Source: Candidatus Woesearchaeota archaeon
GTDB lineage: Archaea > Nanobdellota > Nanobdellia > Woesearchaeales > UBA10216
Length of the DNA stretch: 64,000 nucleotides
Reading direction: 5' to 3'
Assembly (NCBI GenBank): GCA_016192945.1
Contig: JACPTE010000021.1
Location: 3,989 to 67,988, forward strand
Made by a program: the position numbers and the translations under genes. The notes under the pieces are model-generated. The model searched no databases and had not been told where the DNA came from. It saw nothing but the letters and a program-made list of their open reading frames with translations. Each line of letters opens with the position of its first letter. Within the stretch, counting starts at the first letter, position 1. Of the stretch, positions 54,871 through 64,000 are shown piece by piece.

Positions 54871-56463
54871 TTACCTTCCCCCTCCGCCCCCGCCGCCAAA
54901 TCCCCCACCCCCTCCTCCGCCAAATCCGCCTCCACTGCCGCTTGAGGATGGCATGTAGATTGCAGCGGCTGCAGCCATGTTAACCCCTGAAATGGTTTCG
55001 TATTGTTCTGGGTTGATTATCTTGAGCTCTTTCATGGATTTCAGGAGGTTTCCTGCAGCTCCCAAGGCAGTTGCATACGCAATCCACTGCCTCCATTGGC
55101 GATAGTCTTCCTTGAGGTAGCGCTGTATTTGCGCATAATCAGTCAGCATCTGCTTGAATGACAGCCATTCCAGATATTCGCGGTGCTGCCCTGGCTTGAA
55201 TCTTGAAAAAACAGACGGCGGTATCAATAAATTTGCCAGGAACATGACGAATGAATTAACAACAATCAGGACTATGAAAAAAGAAACCGAAAATATGTTG
55301 CCTATTATGCCTACTATAACCCATATGATAAAAACAGTGGAAAAAACCAGTGTGCTTCCAAAGCCTTCATAATTGTCCTTGTAGATTTTTTTGACATCGC
55401 TGCTTCCCATAAACGTTCCCATTTCTCCATAATGCCTTGTCGGGTCAAACTCATACGCTGAATAGGTTTTTGTTTCCTCCCTCTTTTCCTTCATCAGGAC
55501 ATGGAGCAGCTTATCCTCAGTGGCTGTTGGCGTTTCCTTCGGGTTCTTCTGGACAGTTACAATAAGCTTCTTCTTGAACAGGGATTTTTCAACTTCAACA
55601 GTTGCTATTCCCTTGATGTACAATGAGAGGATTATTGAGCCTAGTCCTTCATTTGAAAGCCTTGGCTTTCCGTTAACTATTATATCAGCCTCCCAGGGCT
55701 CTCTTTTTTGGTTGGGCACTGTGTGCAGGTAGTGTGGCACAACGTCTTCAGGGTCCCTGCCCCATATGAAATAAGCGATTAATGGAAAAAGCATGAATAG
55801 GACAGGAATTATGAAAATAAGGTACGATCCGCCTTTAATGTCCCCGCTTCTCGTATCAATTGACACCCGCGTATTTGCCAAAATCAGGAATCTTGAAGAG
55901 CTTTTTTCTGTTCCCCTGGCTTCAAGGCTTATTATTGGCGGATGATTGTTAGAGAACAGGGAATGCTGGTAATTGTTGAGTATGACAGTGTCCGTGGATA
56001 CAATGTATGTCACGTTAAATTCTTCAGTGGTTCCTGCAAATCCGCCTGAATAGCAGCCTACTTCATTGGATTTAATTCTTCTTTCAATATCCAAGTCGTC
56101 TAAATACAGCTTTTCTTTCGTGTCAGGCTCACGCAGCCCTTCGAGTCCGTTAATGTAGGGTTTGGAGTGGGCGCATTGGACAGATTGTATCCTTATTTGA
56201 CAGACAGACAGGCATATCGGCTCATAAAAGCTTCTATAAAGAACCCGAAAGCTATCAAAAACTGAAACTGTCTGTACAAACTGCTCTGTTACTTTCAGCC
56301 CGTCAGGCGCTTTCACATAGCTTGTGGATATGCTTTCATATCTTGAGCCGCCAATCAGTCCAAAAGCCATTCCAAAGGCAATGGCATTGACAGTGATAAG
56401 AAGCCCCACGACAAAAAAAACAGCAGCTTTTTCGTGCTCTCCAAACCAGTCCCGAAGGCCCAT
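54871..56463 (-). CDS. DUF2207 family membrane protein
   Basis: GRDP, W..FK..L, W...AYATALG, Gly-rich C-terminus GGGFGGGGGG; divergent from lemA. Confidence 0.85.
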   Translation of the reverse strand: MGLRDWFGEHEKAAVFFVVGLLITVNAIAFGMAFGLIGGSRYESISTSYVKAPDGLKVTEQFVQTVSVFDSFRVLYRSFYEPICLSVCQIRIQSVQCAHSKPYINGLEGLREPDTKEKLYLDDLDIERRIKSNEVGCYSGGFAGTTEEFNVTYIVSTDTVILNNYQHSLFSNNHPPIISLEARGTEKSSSRFLILANTRVSIDTRSGDIKGGSYLIFIIPVLFMLFPLIAYFIWGRDPEDVVPHYLHTVPNQKREPWEADIIVNGKPRLSNEGLGSIILSLYIKGIATVEVEKSLFKKKLIVTVQKNPKETPTATEDKLLHVLMKEKREETKTYSAYEFDPTRHYGEMGTFMGSSDVKKIYKDNYEGFGSTLVFSTVFIIWVIVGIIGNIFSVSFFIVLIVVNSFVMFLANLLIPPSVFSRFKPGQHREYLEWLSFKQMLTDYAQIQRYLKEDYRQWRQWIAYATALGAAGNLLKSMKELKIINPEQYETISGVNMAAAAAIYMPSSSGSGGGFGGGGGGGFGGGGGGGR

Positions 56464-56514
56464 GCGTGTAAAATGATGCAAATGTTTAAATACTTATTGA
56501 AAAAAAGGGGTTGC

Positions 56515-57078
56515 ATGGTAATAGGCCTGATTTTGGCTGGAGTTGGAGTTGTTCTTGTAGGCGTTTATGCCATGGCTACATATAACAGGTTCATTAACCT
56601 GCGTAATGGCATTGAAAGCTCATTTAACCAGATAAATGTCGCTCTTAAGAAGCGCCTTGACCTGATTGGGGAGGTTGTGGATTCTACCAAGGGGATAATG
56701 AAGTTTGAGAAGGGCACGCTTACAGAGATAACAAAGCTGAGGGGACAGGCAGCTGGCAATTTAACCCCTGAGCTTGCAGCAAAGCTTTCCAATGCGACAG
56801 GCAGGATAGCCGGTGCCATATCAGTCCAGGTTGAGGCTTATCCCAAGCTTTCAAGCAATGAGAATGTAAAGCAGCTAGTTGACTCTCTTCAGGAGGTTGA
56901 GCAGCAGATAGCCCAGCTCCGCTACACATATAACAACACAGTGCAGGAGTTCAACACCAGCAGGGAGATGTTTCCAAGCAGCATTATTGCAGGCATGTTC
57001 GGGTTTTCTAAGAATTCATATCTGCAGATGAAAGAGCCGCAGGAATCGCTTGAGAAAAGGCCTGATACCAGCATATAG
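56515..57078 (+). CDS. lemA: LemA family protein
   Basis: YN....RN, LKKR.DL, EAYP.L, YN..V..FN....FP. Confidence 0.92.
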   Translation: MVIGLILAGVGVVLVGVYAMATYNRFINLRNGIESSFNQINVALKKRLDLIGEVVDSTKGIMKFEKGTLTEITKLRGQAAGNLTPELAAKLSNATGRIAGAISVQVEAYPKLSSNENVKQLVDSLQEVEQQIAQLRYTYNNTVQEFNTSREMFPSSIIAGMFGFSKNSYLQMKEPQESLEKRPDTSI

Positions 57079-57128
57079 TGGCTGTGAATATGGAACATTT
57101 TATAAATCTCCGCAATTCTTCCTGACGT

Positions 57129-58742
57129 ATGGGGAATAGGGACTTTATTTTTCCTGTTGTTTTGTTTTTGGTGGCCTTTTTTGTTTGGACGCTGCCTATT
57201 CAGGTTAGCCATCTCCCTTTTGGAGAGGGCGACGCTGCCTGGCATTTCGGGATTGGCGATTTCATTGCCTCGCATGACCGCTCTATTGCCTTGCTTCCCT
57301 CTTACATAGGCTACTGGTATTACCTTTTCAATCCGGTTCTGGGGCCTAATGCGCTTGAGTATCCGCCTTCAAACCACGTGAACTACGCATTTATGGAGCT
57401 TTTCACAGGAGACAGGTTTGTCTCTGTCTACATTTACAAGGCAGTCACTTCATTCCTCGGGGTTTTTGCAGTTTATTTCCTGGTTTCAAGGCTGTATGGC
57501 GCATGGCCTGGCTTCCTTGCTGGCTTTGGCATGGCTTTTTCATCAAGGGAAATGCTTACTTATCTGTGGGGCCAGCAGCCTACGCTTCTCAGCATCTCGC
57601 TTGTTCCTGTGGCGCTTTACGCTTTCTATTCTTATCTTGTTTCTGCATTTGAGGGCAGGGCAAAGAACATTTATCTTTACATGGCATCGTTTTTGCTCAT
57701 ATCCCAGTATCTGCTTCACATACAGGGTGTTATAGTGTCATTGACGCTGATGGGGGTTTTTGCATTGCTTATGCTGGTGAGGCACAGGAGGTTCCCTGTA
57801 ATTGCGCTGAGCCCTGTCCACATTGCTGTTTGCGCTGCCCTGATGGCTGTTGTTGCCGTGCAGTTCTTCAGCATCTATTTCGGCACTCAGCTTGATGTTG
57901 GAACTTCAGGGGGCAGCCCTGGAAGGCTTTTCAGCTGGGGCATTGACCCTAAGCTTCAGGAGGGCTCTTATCCTGAATTTTATTTTTCATTCGCCCATAA
58001 TTACGGAAGCATTGGCATTGCATTGCCTCGTATAGGTGATGTGCTGCCCCTCATGCCCTTCATACTTCTTGGAATTACCTTCGCGGTTCTAAGAAGGAAG
58101 AGCCAGGATTTGCTTCTTTTAAGCTGGCTGATTGGAGTTTACATAACCCTTCATCTTGATGTGTTCCTTGGCACAAGCATCCCGAGGGTTGCCAGGATGC
58201 TTGTTGTTGAGTCTCAGCTGTTTTTTGCATTGGCAGCTGTCGGGGCTTTCTACCTGCCCAGCATCATTAAGCTGAATCTTGACAGGCAGCTTATGAAGCT
58301 TGGCATGTCTGTTTTGCTTATCGCTGCAATAGCCCTGACTATTGGTGTGGGCAGCTATGGCTTTATGAAGGGCTCATACTCTGAGCTGATGCGCATCTCC
58401 CCGGCGGAGATAGAGGCCTCTGGCTGGATGGCAGCTAATCTTCCTGATGATTCGGTTATCTACAATCTCGGAACTATTTCGTATCCTAAGATGAGGTTTA
58501 TGCACGTGCTTTCTCAGCGCTACATGAACAACAAGCCTGAGGGGTTTGCCCTTGCCAATTCCAACATAACCCTCATACCTACGCATTATGTTTTTGATTA
58601 TTCTGATTTGGCAAGGTTCAGCTCTGACCCGAAGGCGTCCAGGATGATTTCGGAATTGGAAGGCATGGAGAAGAATTTCAGCGGCACGAGGATTTATGAC
58701 AGGAACAATATAAGGATTTACAGGGTGGGTAGGAATGCTTAA
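57129..58742 (+). CDS. Polytopic membrane protein, putative GT-C glycosyltransferase
   Basis: GEGDAAWH and YPP in the first loop, ~11 TM helices, extracellular C-terminal domain (W...NLP...IY....I.IY). Confidence 0.6.
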   Translation: MGNRDFIFPVVLFLVAFFVWTLPIQVSHLPFGEGDAAWHFGIGDFIASHDRSIALLPSYIGYWYYLFNPVLGPNALEYPPSNHVNYAFMELFTGDRFVSVYIYKAVTSFLGVFAVYFLVSRLYGAWPGFLAGFGMAFSSREMLTYLWGQQPTLLSISLVPVALYAFYSYLVSAFEGRAKNIYLYMASFLLISQYLLHIQGVIVSLTLMGVFALLMLVRHRRFPVIALSPVHIAVCAALMAVVAVQFFSIYFGTQLDVGTSGGSPGRLFSWGIDPKLQEGSYPEFYFSFAHNYGSIGIALPRIGDVLPLMPFILLGITFAVLRRKSQDLLLLSWLIGVYITLHLDVFLGTSIPRVARMLVVESQLFFALAAVGAFYLPSIIKLNLDRQLMKLGMSVLLIAAIALTIGVGSYGFMKGSYSELMRISPAEIEASGWMAANLPDDSVIYNLGTISYPKMRFMHVLSQRYMNNKPEGFALANSNITLIPTHYVFDYSDLARFSSDPKASRMISELEGMEKNFSGTRIYDRNNIRIYRVGRNA

Positions 58743-59064
58743 AAGCGAGTATCTTTACGCCTGCATTTCCGTATTCGCTGCCCTTATGCTGGCCTTTTTG
58801 CTTTTCAGCACAACAGGAGTCCTGGCTTTGGCTGCAATTGCCCTTTTGTTTTTTGTCCCTGCCTTTGCCATTGTTTCCAATTTTGAGCTCGGCCTGGATG
58901 AAAAGCTGGTTTTCTCATTTTTCATAGGGATAGGGGTTTTCCCCCTGCTTGCATGGTATGTCAACAAGATTGTTCCCTCGCTCAGGGTGTCTGCTGTGGC
59001 TGTGGCTGCCCTGGCTGTTGCTGCAGGATTTTTGCTTTGGCTCGGGAGGAGGCGCACGAAGTGA
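58735..59064 (+). CDS. Small membrane protein
   Basis: 4 TM helices, EKLVFS motif; overlaps both neighbours. Confidence 0.65.
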   Translation: MLKSEYLYACISVFAALMLAFLLFSTTGVLALAAIALLFFVPAFAIVSNFELGLDEKLVFSFFIGIGVFPLLAWYVNKIVPSLRVSAVAVAALAVAAGFLLWLGRRRTK

Positions 59065-60017
59065 AAAAAGGCATACTGCTGTATCTGGTCGGGTTTGCTG
59101 TTTTTTTCTACCTGCTTACAAGGATAAACATTGGAGAGACTGTAAGGATAATCATTGATTCCAACAAGCTGTTCATCCTGCTGGCAGCCATTCTGGTCCT
59201 TGTTATTCCATTCCTGGAGGCCTTGAGGTGGAGATTCATAATGAGACAGCTTGATTTTGATTACAGCTTCAGGGATGTTTTTTCCATGCTCGCCTCCTCG
59301 CTTTACATAGGGTTTGTAACTCCTGCAAGGCTTGGGGAGTTTGCTAGGGTTTCTTTTTTCAGGGGCAGGAGCCTCGGGGCTTCTTTCTTCAGCGTTTTTA
59401 TGGACCGGTTTTCAGACCTGATTTTCATTGCCGGAGTGGGATACATAGGCATGTTCTTTTTTGTGAGCGCCCTTGGCCAGCAGATTTTCTGGGTTTCTGT
59501 TGCAATCATCGGGAGCTTCCTTTTTGCTGCCATTGCAGTCCTGAGGAGGGATTTCGTGAGGCTGTTCCTCAGTTTTGTCTTTCACAGGATTATCCCTGAG
59601 AAGTTCAAGCCAGAATTGAAGACGATTTTCTATGATTTTTACAGGAGCTTCTTTCGCCTGCTGAACTTCAGGTCTGTGCTGGTGATTCTGGCGCTGACTA
59701 TCCTCTCATGGCTGCTTTATTATGCTGCTGTTTACCTGCTTGCCCTGGCGATAGGGATAAACATCTCTTTCATTCACATGGCCACTGTTGTAAGCGTTGC
59801 CAGCTTCTTGTCAATTCTTCCAATAAGCATCTCTGGGATTGGGACCAGGGATGCGGCGTTTGTGTTCTTTTTTGGGCTTCTCAGCCTGAAAAGCGAGTTT
59901 GCAATAGCACTCTCAACATTAGTCCTTATCCTTATGGTGCTTGTTGCTGTTTGCTGCTTCCCGTTTTACTTAATGAAGCCTGTCAATTTCCTTTTCTTCC
60001 AGGAGAAGGATAGATGA
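59061..60017 (+). CDS. LPG-synthase TM / flippase-like domain protein (UPF0104)
   Basis: GTG start; RW, TPARLGE..R, DR..D, LPISISGIGTRD. Confidence 0.87.
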   Translation: MKKGILLYLVGFAVFFYLLTRINIGETVRIIIDSNKLFILLAAILVLVIPFLEALRWRFIMRQLDFDYSFRDVFSMLASSLYIGFVTPARLGEFARVSFFRGRSLGASFFSVFMDRFSDLIFIAGVGYIGMFFFVSALGQQIFWVSVAIIGSFLFAAIAVLRRDFVRLFLSFVFHRIIPEKFKPELKTIFYDFYRSFFRLLNFRSVLVILALTILSWLLYYAAVYLLALAIGINISFIHMATVVSVASFLSILPISISGIGTRDAAFVFFFGLLSLKSEFAIALSTLVLILMVLVAVCCFPFYLMKPVNFLFFQEKDR

Positions 60018-60026
60018 GGGATTAGT

Positions 60027-60073
60027 GATAAAAATGTATACTTTTATCCGTGATTTATGGATAAAAATGTATA
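60027..60073. repeat. 14-bp direct repeat plus palindrome at the edge of the AT-rich island
   Basis: GATAAAAATGTATA at 60027 and 60060; the first copy lies within GATAAAA-N8-TTTTATC. Confidence 0.5.
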
Positions 60074-60188
60074 TTTGGGTTGGCAGCTTCAAGAAGGTTG
60101 ATGAGTCAATAAGTTGTTCTTTTTTACACGAATAATCTTATGTGACATCTATGTAAAAAATTAGTCTCCTAATTCAGCAATATCACTT

Positions 60189-60680
60189 TTAGAATTTCCA
60201 CCTTTCTGCCCTGAATAATTCTACAATATCTATGGCTTCAATTGATTTCTGGGAACAGACATAGGGGATTTTTACTTGAGTTCCTCTTAGTTTTTCTTCT
60301 GTGACCACTATTCTTTTGATGGTAAGTATCGTCTTTTGTGGTCTTGAAGATAGTTCTATTGCCAAAGCTATGACCCAAGGATCTGCATCATATTTTCTTT
60401 CTGTATCAATTAAAGAAGGATAATCTTTAAGGATTTCCTGCACAAGTTCAATCTGCCTTAGTGTGGGTGCTTTAAACATCTTTTTTTGTGTTTTTGCCCA
60501 TTTGCTTAGCATATCGTCATTCTGATTTATCTCATTATGGACTTCTCTTGGAGCGATTAGGCGGTTATTATCTACAAGAAACTTCAATTTGTCCCAAATA
60601 CTTGGAAATACATCGATTGGGTTATTCCTGTTCAACTTCACTAAGGAGGAAGTATCTATGATGTACATATTATCCGTCAT
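60189..60680 (-). CDS. DUF4411 family PIN-like protein
   Basis: YIIDTSS, FP..W, ADPWVIALA, VVTEE, KIP.VC. Confidence 0.88.
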   Translation of the reverse strand: MTDNMYIIDTSSLVKLNRNNPIDVFPSIWDKLKFLVDNNRLIAPREVHNEINQNDDMLSKWAKTQKKMFKAPTLRQIELVQEILKDYPSLIDTERKYDADPWVIALAIELSSRPQKTILTIKRIVVTEEKLRGTQVKIPYVCSQKSIEAIDIVELFRAERWKF

Positions 60681-61837
60681 TTTTTTGCCTTGGAGAGTAC
60701 CTTGTCAAAGCTCTTTGACTTTATGGACAGGTAGTTTAATGCATCAGTATACGTGATATAATCTCTGTCGTAATTATTGGCCACTAGAGAAACGAATTTA
60801 TTACCAATTTCAGAAAGGCATTTAACTTCAGAACGTATTCCTCCACCAGTTCCTTCTTCAGGTTCTTTTTTTGGTTTGATTTCTTCCTTCTTGAACCTTG
60901 CCAAAATTGCATCATAATCGGCTTTTTCAATATATCCTAATTTGAGCATGTTTAATAGAAGCATAGCCTTGCTTACTTTAAACCTATTAGAGAGTGTTTT
61001 AAGCATTTCCTTTGAAGTTAAATTGGCTTTATTTGTTTCAAACGTGTTTTTTGCCACTTCTTTTGGCAGCAGGTACGTTGATGCGAATTCGTTACACCAT
61101 TGCTCAACATTGTCATTGTAGGAGTGTGTTGCATCTGGGAGATCTATGACTGATTCTCCAAGCAAGATATGTGCAAATTCGTGCATTAATGAGAAAACTC
61201 TTGCTTCAATATTGTCTTTGGTATTAACAACTACCACTGATGGAGATTCATCCACAAAGGCAAATCCTCTGGCATCTTCCACAGGCATTGAGAATTGGAA
61301 CAAGAAAATATTCATATCTTCAAGAATGTCTCTTAAATAGTTGAATAGTTCATAAGATGTTTTGAATCTTCTTTGTTTATCTTCAGTTAAATTGAATTTT
61401 TCTCTAAATTTAAGGGCAGTTTTTTCGGGATCATCAGAGATACTTGCTCTTTCAAGTTTTGATTTTGTTTCATATTCAATATTCTTTGATAGTTCCTTGC
61501 TTAATTCCTGCAATCGTCTTGCCTTTCTCATGACAAGAATGGTCTTTTTATCGAACTTGTTAGTTTCATTGGGAAGCATCCTGTAGTCTTTCGGCTTAGG
61601 CTTTTCTGTCAGAGGTTTTGACAATAAAAATGATGCAACTGGCCTTTTGAATATGACTGAAAGCTCTTCCAGCTGCCTAAAAGAGGGTTTCTTCTCGCCA
61701 GACTCCATCTTTTCAATATTCTGAGAACTAGTCTTGAGCCTTTTGGCTATTTCTTCCCTCGTCCATCCCGAACTCTCAATAAGCCATTTCAGGACAGACA
61801 GCTCAACATCCACAGCAATTGGTTTTGTTCTTGCCAT
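60677..61837 (-). CDS. XRE-HTH fused to an ImmA/IrrE (COG2856) metallopeptidase
   Basis: N-terminal HTH (E.GEKKP...QL); RGF, FSLMHEFAH (HExxH), E.WCN.FA...L.P. Confidence 0.9.
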   Translation of the reverse strand: MARTKPIAVDVELSVLKWLIESSGWTREEIAKRLKTSSQNIEKMESGEKKPSFRQLEELSVIFKRPVASFLLSKPLTEKPKPKDYRMLPNETNKFDKKTILVMRKARRLQELSKELSKNIEYETKSKLERASISDDPEKTALKFREKFNLTEDKQRRFKTSYELFNYLRDILEDMNIFLFQFSMPVEDARGFAFVDESPSVVVVNTKDNIEARVFSLMHEFAHILLGESVIDLPDATHSYNDNVEQWCNEFASTYLLPKEVAKNTFETNKANLTSKEMLKTLSNRFKVSKAMLLLNMLKLGYIEKADYDAILARFKKEEIKPKKEPEEGTGGGIRSEVKCLSEIGNKFVSLVANNYDRDYITYTDALNYLSIKSKSFDKVLSKAKK

Positions 61838-61914
61838 TTTATTTCAATCTCTATTTTTTCTTTATTTCAAGCTTTCCTCAAAAATTTGCTTTTCTTGGTT
61901 CATGGAAGATTTAT

Positions 61915-62232
61915 TCAAGTTTTCGCTAAAATTATTTTCACAATTACGTCTATACCTTTTTCAACTCCTTTTTCAATCAATTTCCTTATCAGTATCTTCA
62001 AAATGCTTTCATCATTATTTGAAATTGCGACTTTAATTTCCTCTAAATCTTCTCTTATTCTTTCGTTTTCTGGTTTTATTATTTCCTCATTTATTGATTT
62101 TATTATCTCTTTTTTGAAGTTATCAACCGCAATCCCAACAATTCTGCCATGTTCAATCTTTAAATCAGAAGTATCTGATATAATTTTTCCAAATTGATCT
62201 GTCATTACTTTTTTATTAAATTCAATAGTCAT
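61915..62232 (-). CDS. Hypothetical protein
   Basis: 105-aa ORF overlapping the methylase stop (ATGA). Confidence 0.55.
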   Translation of the reverse strand: MTIEFNKKVMTDQFGKIISDTSDLKIEHGRIVGIAVDNFKKEIIKSINEEIIKPENERIREDLEEIKVAISNNDESILKILIRKLIEKGVEKGIDVIVKIILAKT

Positions 62233-64000
62233 TTCAACGAATCCTCAATAATCTTCTTTTCCTCTTCAGTTATTCCGTATAGTTTATAGACTTCTTTGTC
62301 TATCTCGTTATCTAATTTTTGGATTTCTTTTTCAATACGGACTTTTTCATCGGTTTGTTTATCCTTAATTTCAATTAATCTCCTATTTAATTCTATCAAT
62401 GTTTTTGCATTATTAGATATTGTTTTATTGTAGCAACTAATAATTGGTAATCTCCTCAATTCTTTTCCACTTACATGATTAGTGTTACTAAATACTTTAA
62501 AGTAGAGATTGATTAATTTTGAGTTTAATATTCCTAAATGATAAAAAATATCTGTATTTTCTTTTAATGAATATAAGTAGTTACATGTATGTCCACAATT
62601 TGCCCCTTTCTCAAGAATAGTTGCTTTTATTCTTCTTTTTTGAGCCATGTTTGAGACTTCTTGTAGCACAATTCTATTCTCGTCGGAATCATCTCTTTTA
62701 AGAGAAGTATATACCACAAAACTTTCTTTGCTTTCTTGTTTATCAATTTGGTATCTCTGCAAATCATTTCCTCGAATTAAAGGTCTCGTTTTATCTTCGG
62801 ATTTATTCCGAAGATATTTTTTATAGACTGTTAAATTTACTTCTCCTTGGTTTATTGTAAAGAAGTTCTCAAAACTATCCTTTCCTTTATCCTTTATCTT
62901 TGACACTAATTTAACCAAATCATCTTTTGTTATTATTGAAAGATTATCTAATTCAAAGAATGTTTTTTGTTTAATTCTACCTGTGACAAAAGAATCAAAA
63001 TCTGATTTTTTTGTAACATCATCCATTAATATAACCGTGTTATTCATTACATTCTTAGAGTTTGTATCCTTTTTTAGAATTATAACGGTGGTTGCTTGTG
63101 TTACTCCTTCAAATACTTTTAAAGACTCTGGAAGTACCAAAATTTTAATTATTTTGGTCTCTTTTAAGATTTTTTCTCTCAGAGCATGTGAATTATTGTC
63201 GGATAACCATGTATTAGGTACTATAAATCCTAATACCCCTTCGTTTCTTAATAGGCTCATCCCTTTTTCAATAAAGAGACGATATGAATTCATTTTGCCT
63301 CTATTTGTACTATATTTATTCAAAAGAAAATCTTTTACTTCTTCTAAATCAGCACCATAAGGCGGATTCCCAATAACAACATCAAACCCACCATTAGCCA
63401 TTATATCTTTAAATTGTTCTTCCCATTTGAAAGCCCTATCTCCTGCAATAGCAGAATCATCAATCAATGAATTTCCAACCTTAATATTTTCCTGTAATGT
63501 TGGCAATCTATGTTTTTTCTCTGTAGTTTTTAATAATAAATTTAACTGGGCTATTTCAACAGCTTTAGAGTCTAAATCAACTCCAAAGATATTTTCTTTT
63601 AAGATTTCAACTTTTCTTCCATAGTTTGCAGAAGCTCCAGTTAAGTCAAGCTTTGTCTGATCTACTTCGCCATTTTTCTTTTTGTCAAGAGTAACAAGGT
63701 AATCAAAAGCTTTCATTAAGAAAGAGCCTGAGCCGCAAGCAGGGTCTAAAATCTTGATGGTTTTCAAATCGAATGTTTTGTCTTTGGCTAATTCGCCAAC
63801 TGTATTTTTAACAATGTAATCCACTACATAAGTAGGAGTGTAATATATTCCCTGCTCTTTTCTGTGTGCTTTTCCTTCGGCGAGTTTGGCCCTTTTATCT
63901 GTTTTCTTTAGAATATGCCCTAAATACTGCTCGTATATGTTACCTAAAACATCAGCGTCAATTGCAGAAAAATCATAATGCACAACATTATCACTTGTAT
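62229..64000 (-). CDS. N6-adenine DNA methyltransferase with TRD (type IIG / Eco57I-TaqI-like R-M enzyme); 5' part outside the window
   Basis: LGNIYEQYL, GIYYTP, DPACGSGSF, GNPPY, LNSK; low GC. Confidence 0.9.
   Translation of the reverse strand, partial: TSDNVVHYDFSAIDADVLGNIYEQYLGHILKKTDKRAKLAEGKAHRKEQGIYYTPTYVVDYIVKNTVGELAKDKTFDLKTIKILDPACGSGSFLMKAFDYLVTLDKKKNGEVDQTKLDLTGASANYGRKVEILKENIFGVDLDSKAVEIAQLNLLLKTTEKKHRLPTLQENIKVGNSLIDDSAIAGDRAFKWEEQFKDIMANGGFDVVIGNPPYGADLEEVKDFLLNKYSTNRGKMNSYRLFIEKGMSLLRNEGVLGFIVPNTWLSDNNSHALREKILKETKIIKILVLPESLKVFEGVTQATTVIILKKDTNSKNVMNNTVILMDDVTKKSDFDSFVTGRIKQKTFFELDNLSIITKDDLVKLVSKIKDKGKDSFENFFTINQGEVNLTVYKKYLRNKSEDKTRPLIRGNDLQRYQIDKQESKESFVVYTSLKRDDSDENRIVLQEVSNMAQKRRIKATILEKGANCGHTCNYLYSLKENTDIFYHLGILNSKLINLYFKVFSNTNHVSGKELRRLPIISCYNKTISNNAKTLIELNRRLIEIKDKQTDEKVRIEKEIQKLDNEIDKEVYKLYGITEEEKKIIEDSLK

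Noticed and set aside
54875..54945. C-rich/G-rich repeat as a G-quadruplex or regulatory repeat
   Set aside because: Encodes the normal Gly-rich C-terminus of DUF2207 proteins

Overview
Archaeal DNA, most likely DPANN (Woesearchaeota-like). This is inferred from AglB, TATA-like promoters, GGTG/GGGGTG ribosome-binding sites, a BHB-intron tRNA and DPANN-type surface proteins; no phylogenetic marker was analysed. 1-14 kb holds large secreted or membrane-anchored surface proteins, including a sequon-rich repeat glycoprotein missing from the ORF track (<1-2754, minus). It also holds a tRNA-Trp(CCA) gene with three introns and an aromatic amino acid permease. 14-60 kb is a very large N-glycosylation/surface-glycan locus: AglB fused to an FKBP domain, many GT2/GT4/GT-C glycosyltransferases, flippases, three DegT aminotransferases, methyltransferases and a sulfatase-like enzyme. 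Inside it is an unusual operon of two RHH proteins ending in RLRSLGY, an AlkP-superfamily enzyme, a nucleotidyltransferase, a divergent ProRS with an eroded anticodon-binding domain and a PHP phosphatase, with a free YbaK nearby. That operon is the best candidate for an undescribed system, possibly aminoacyl-adenylate-dependent modification of glycans or lipids. Also present are a 135-bp MITE-like element truncating a wHTH gene, a prepilin-signal M23 peptidase, an isoprenoid operon and LemA/DUF2207. An AT-rich defence island (XRE-ImmA/DUF4411, type IIG-like methylase) lies at the right edge. All calls come from reading motifs by eye; no database searches were run.
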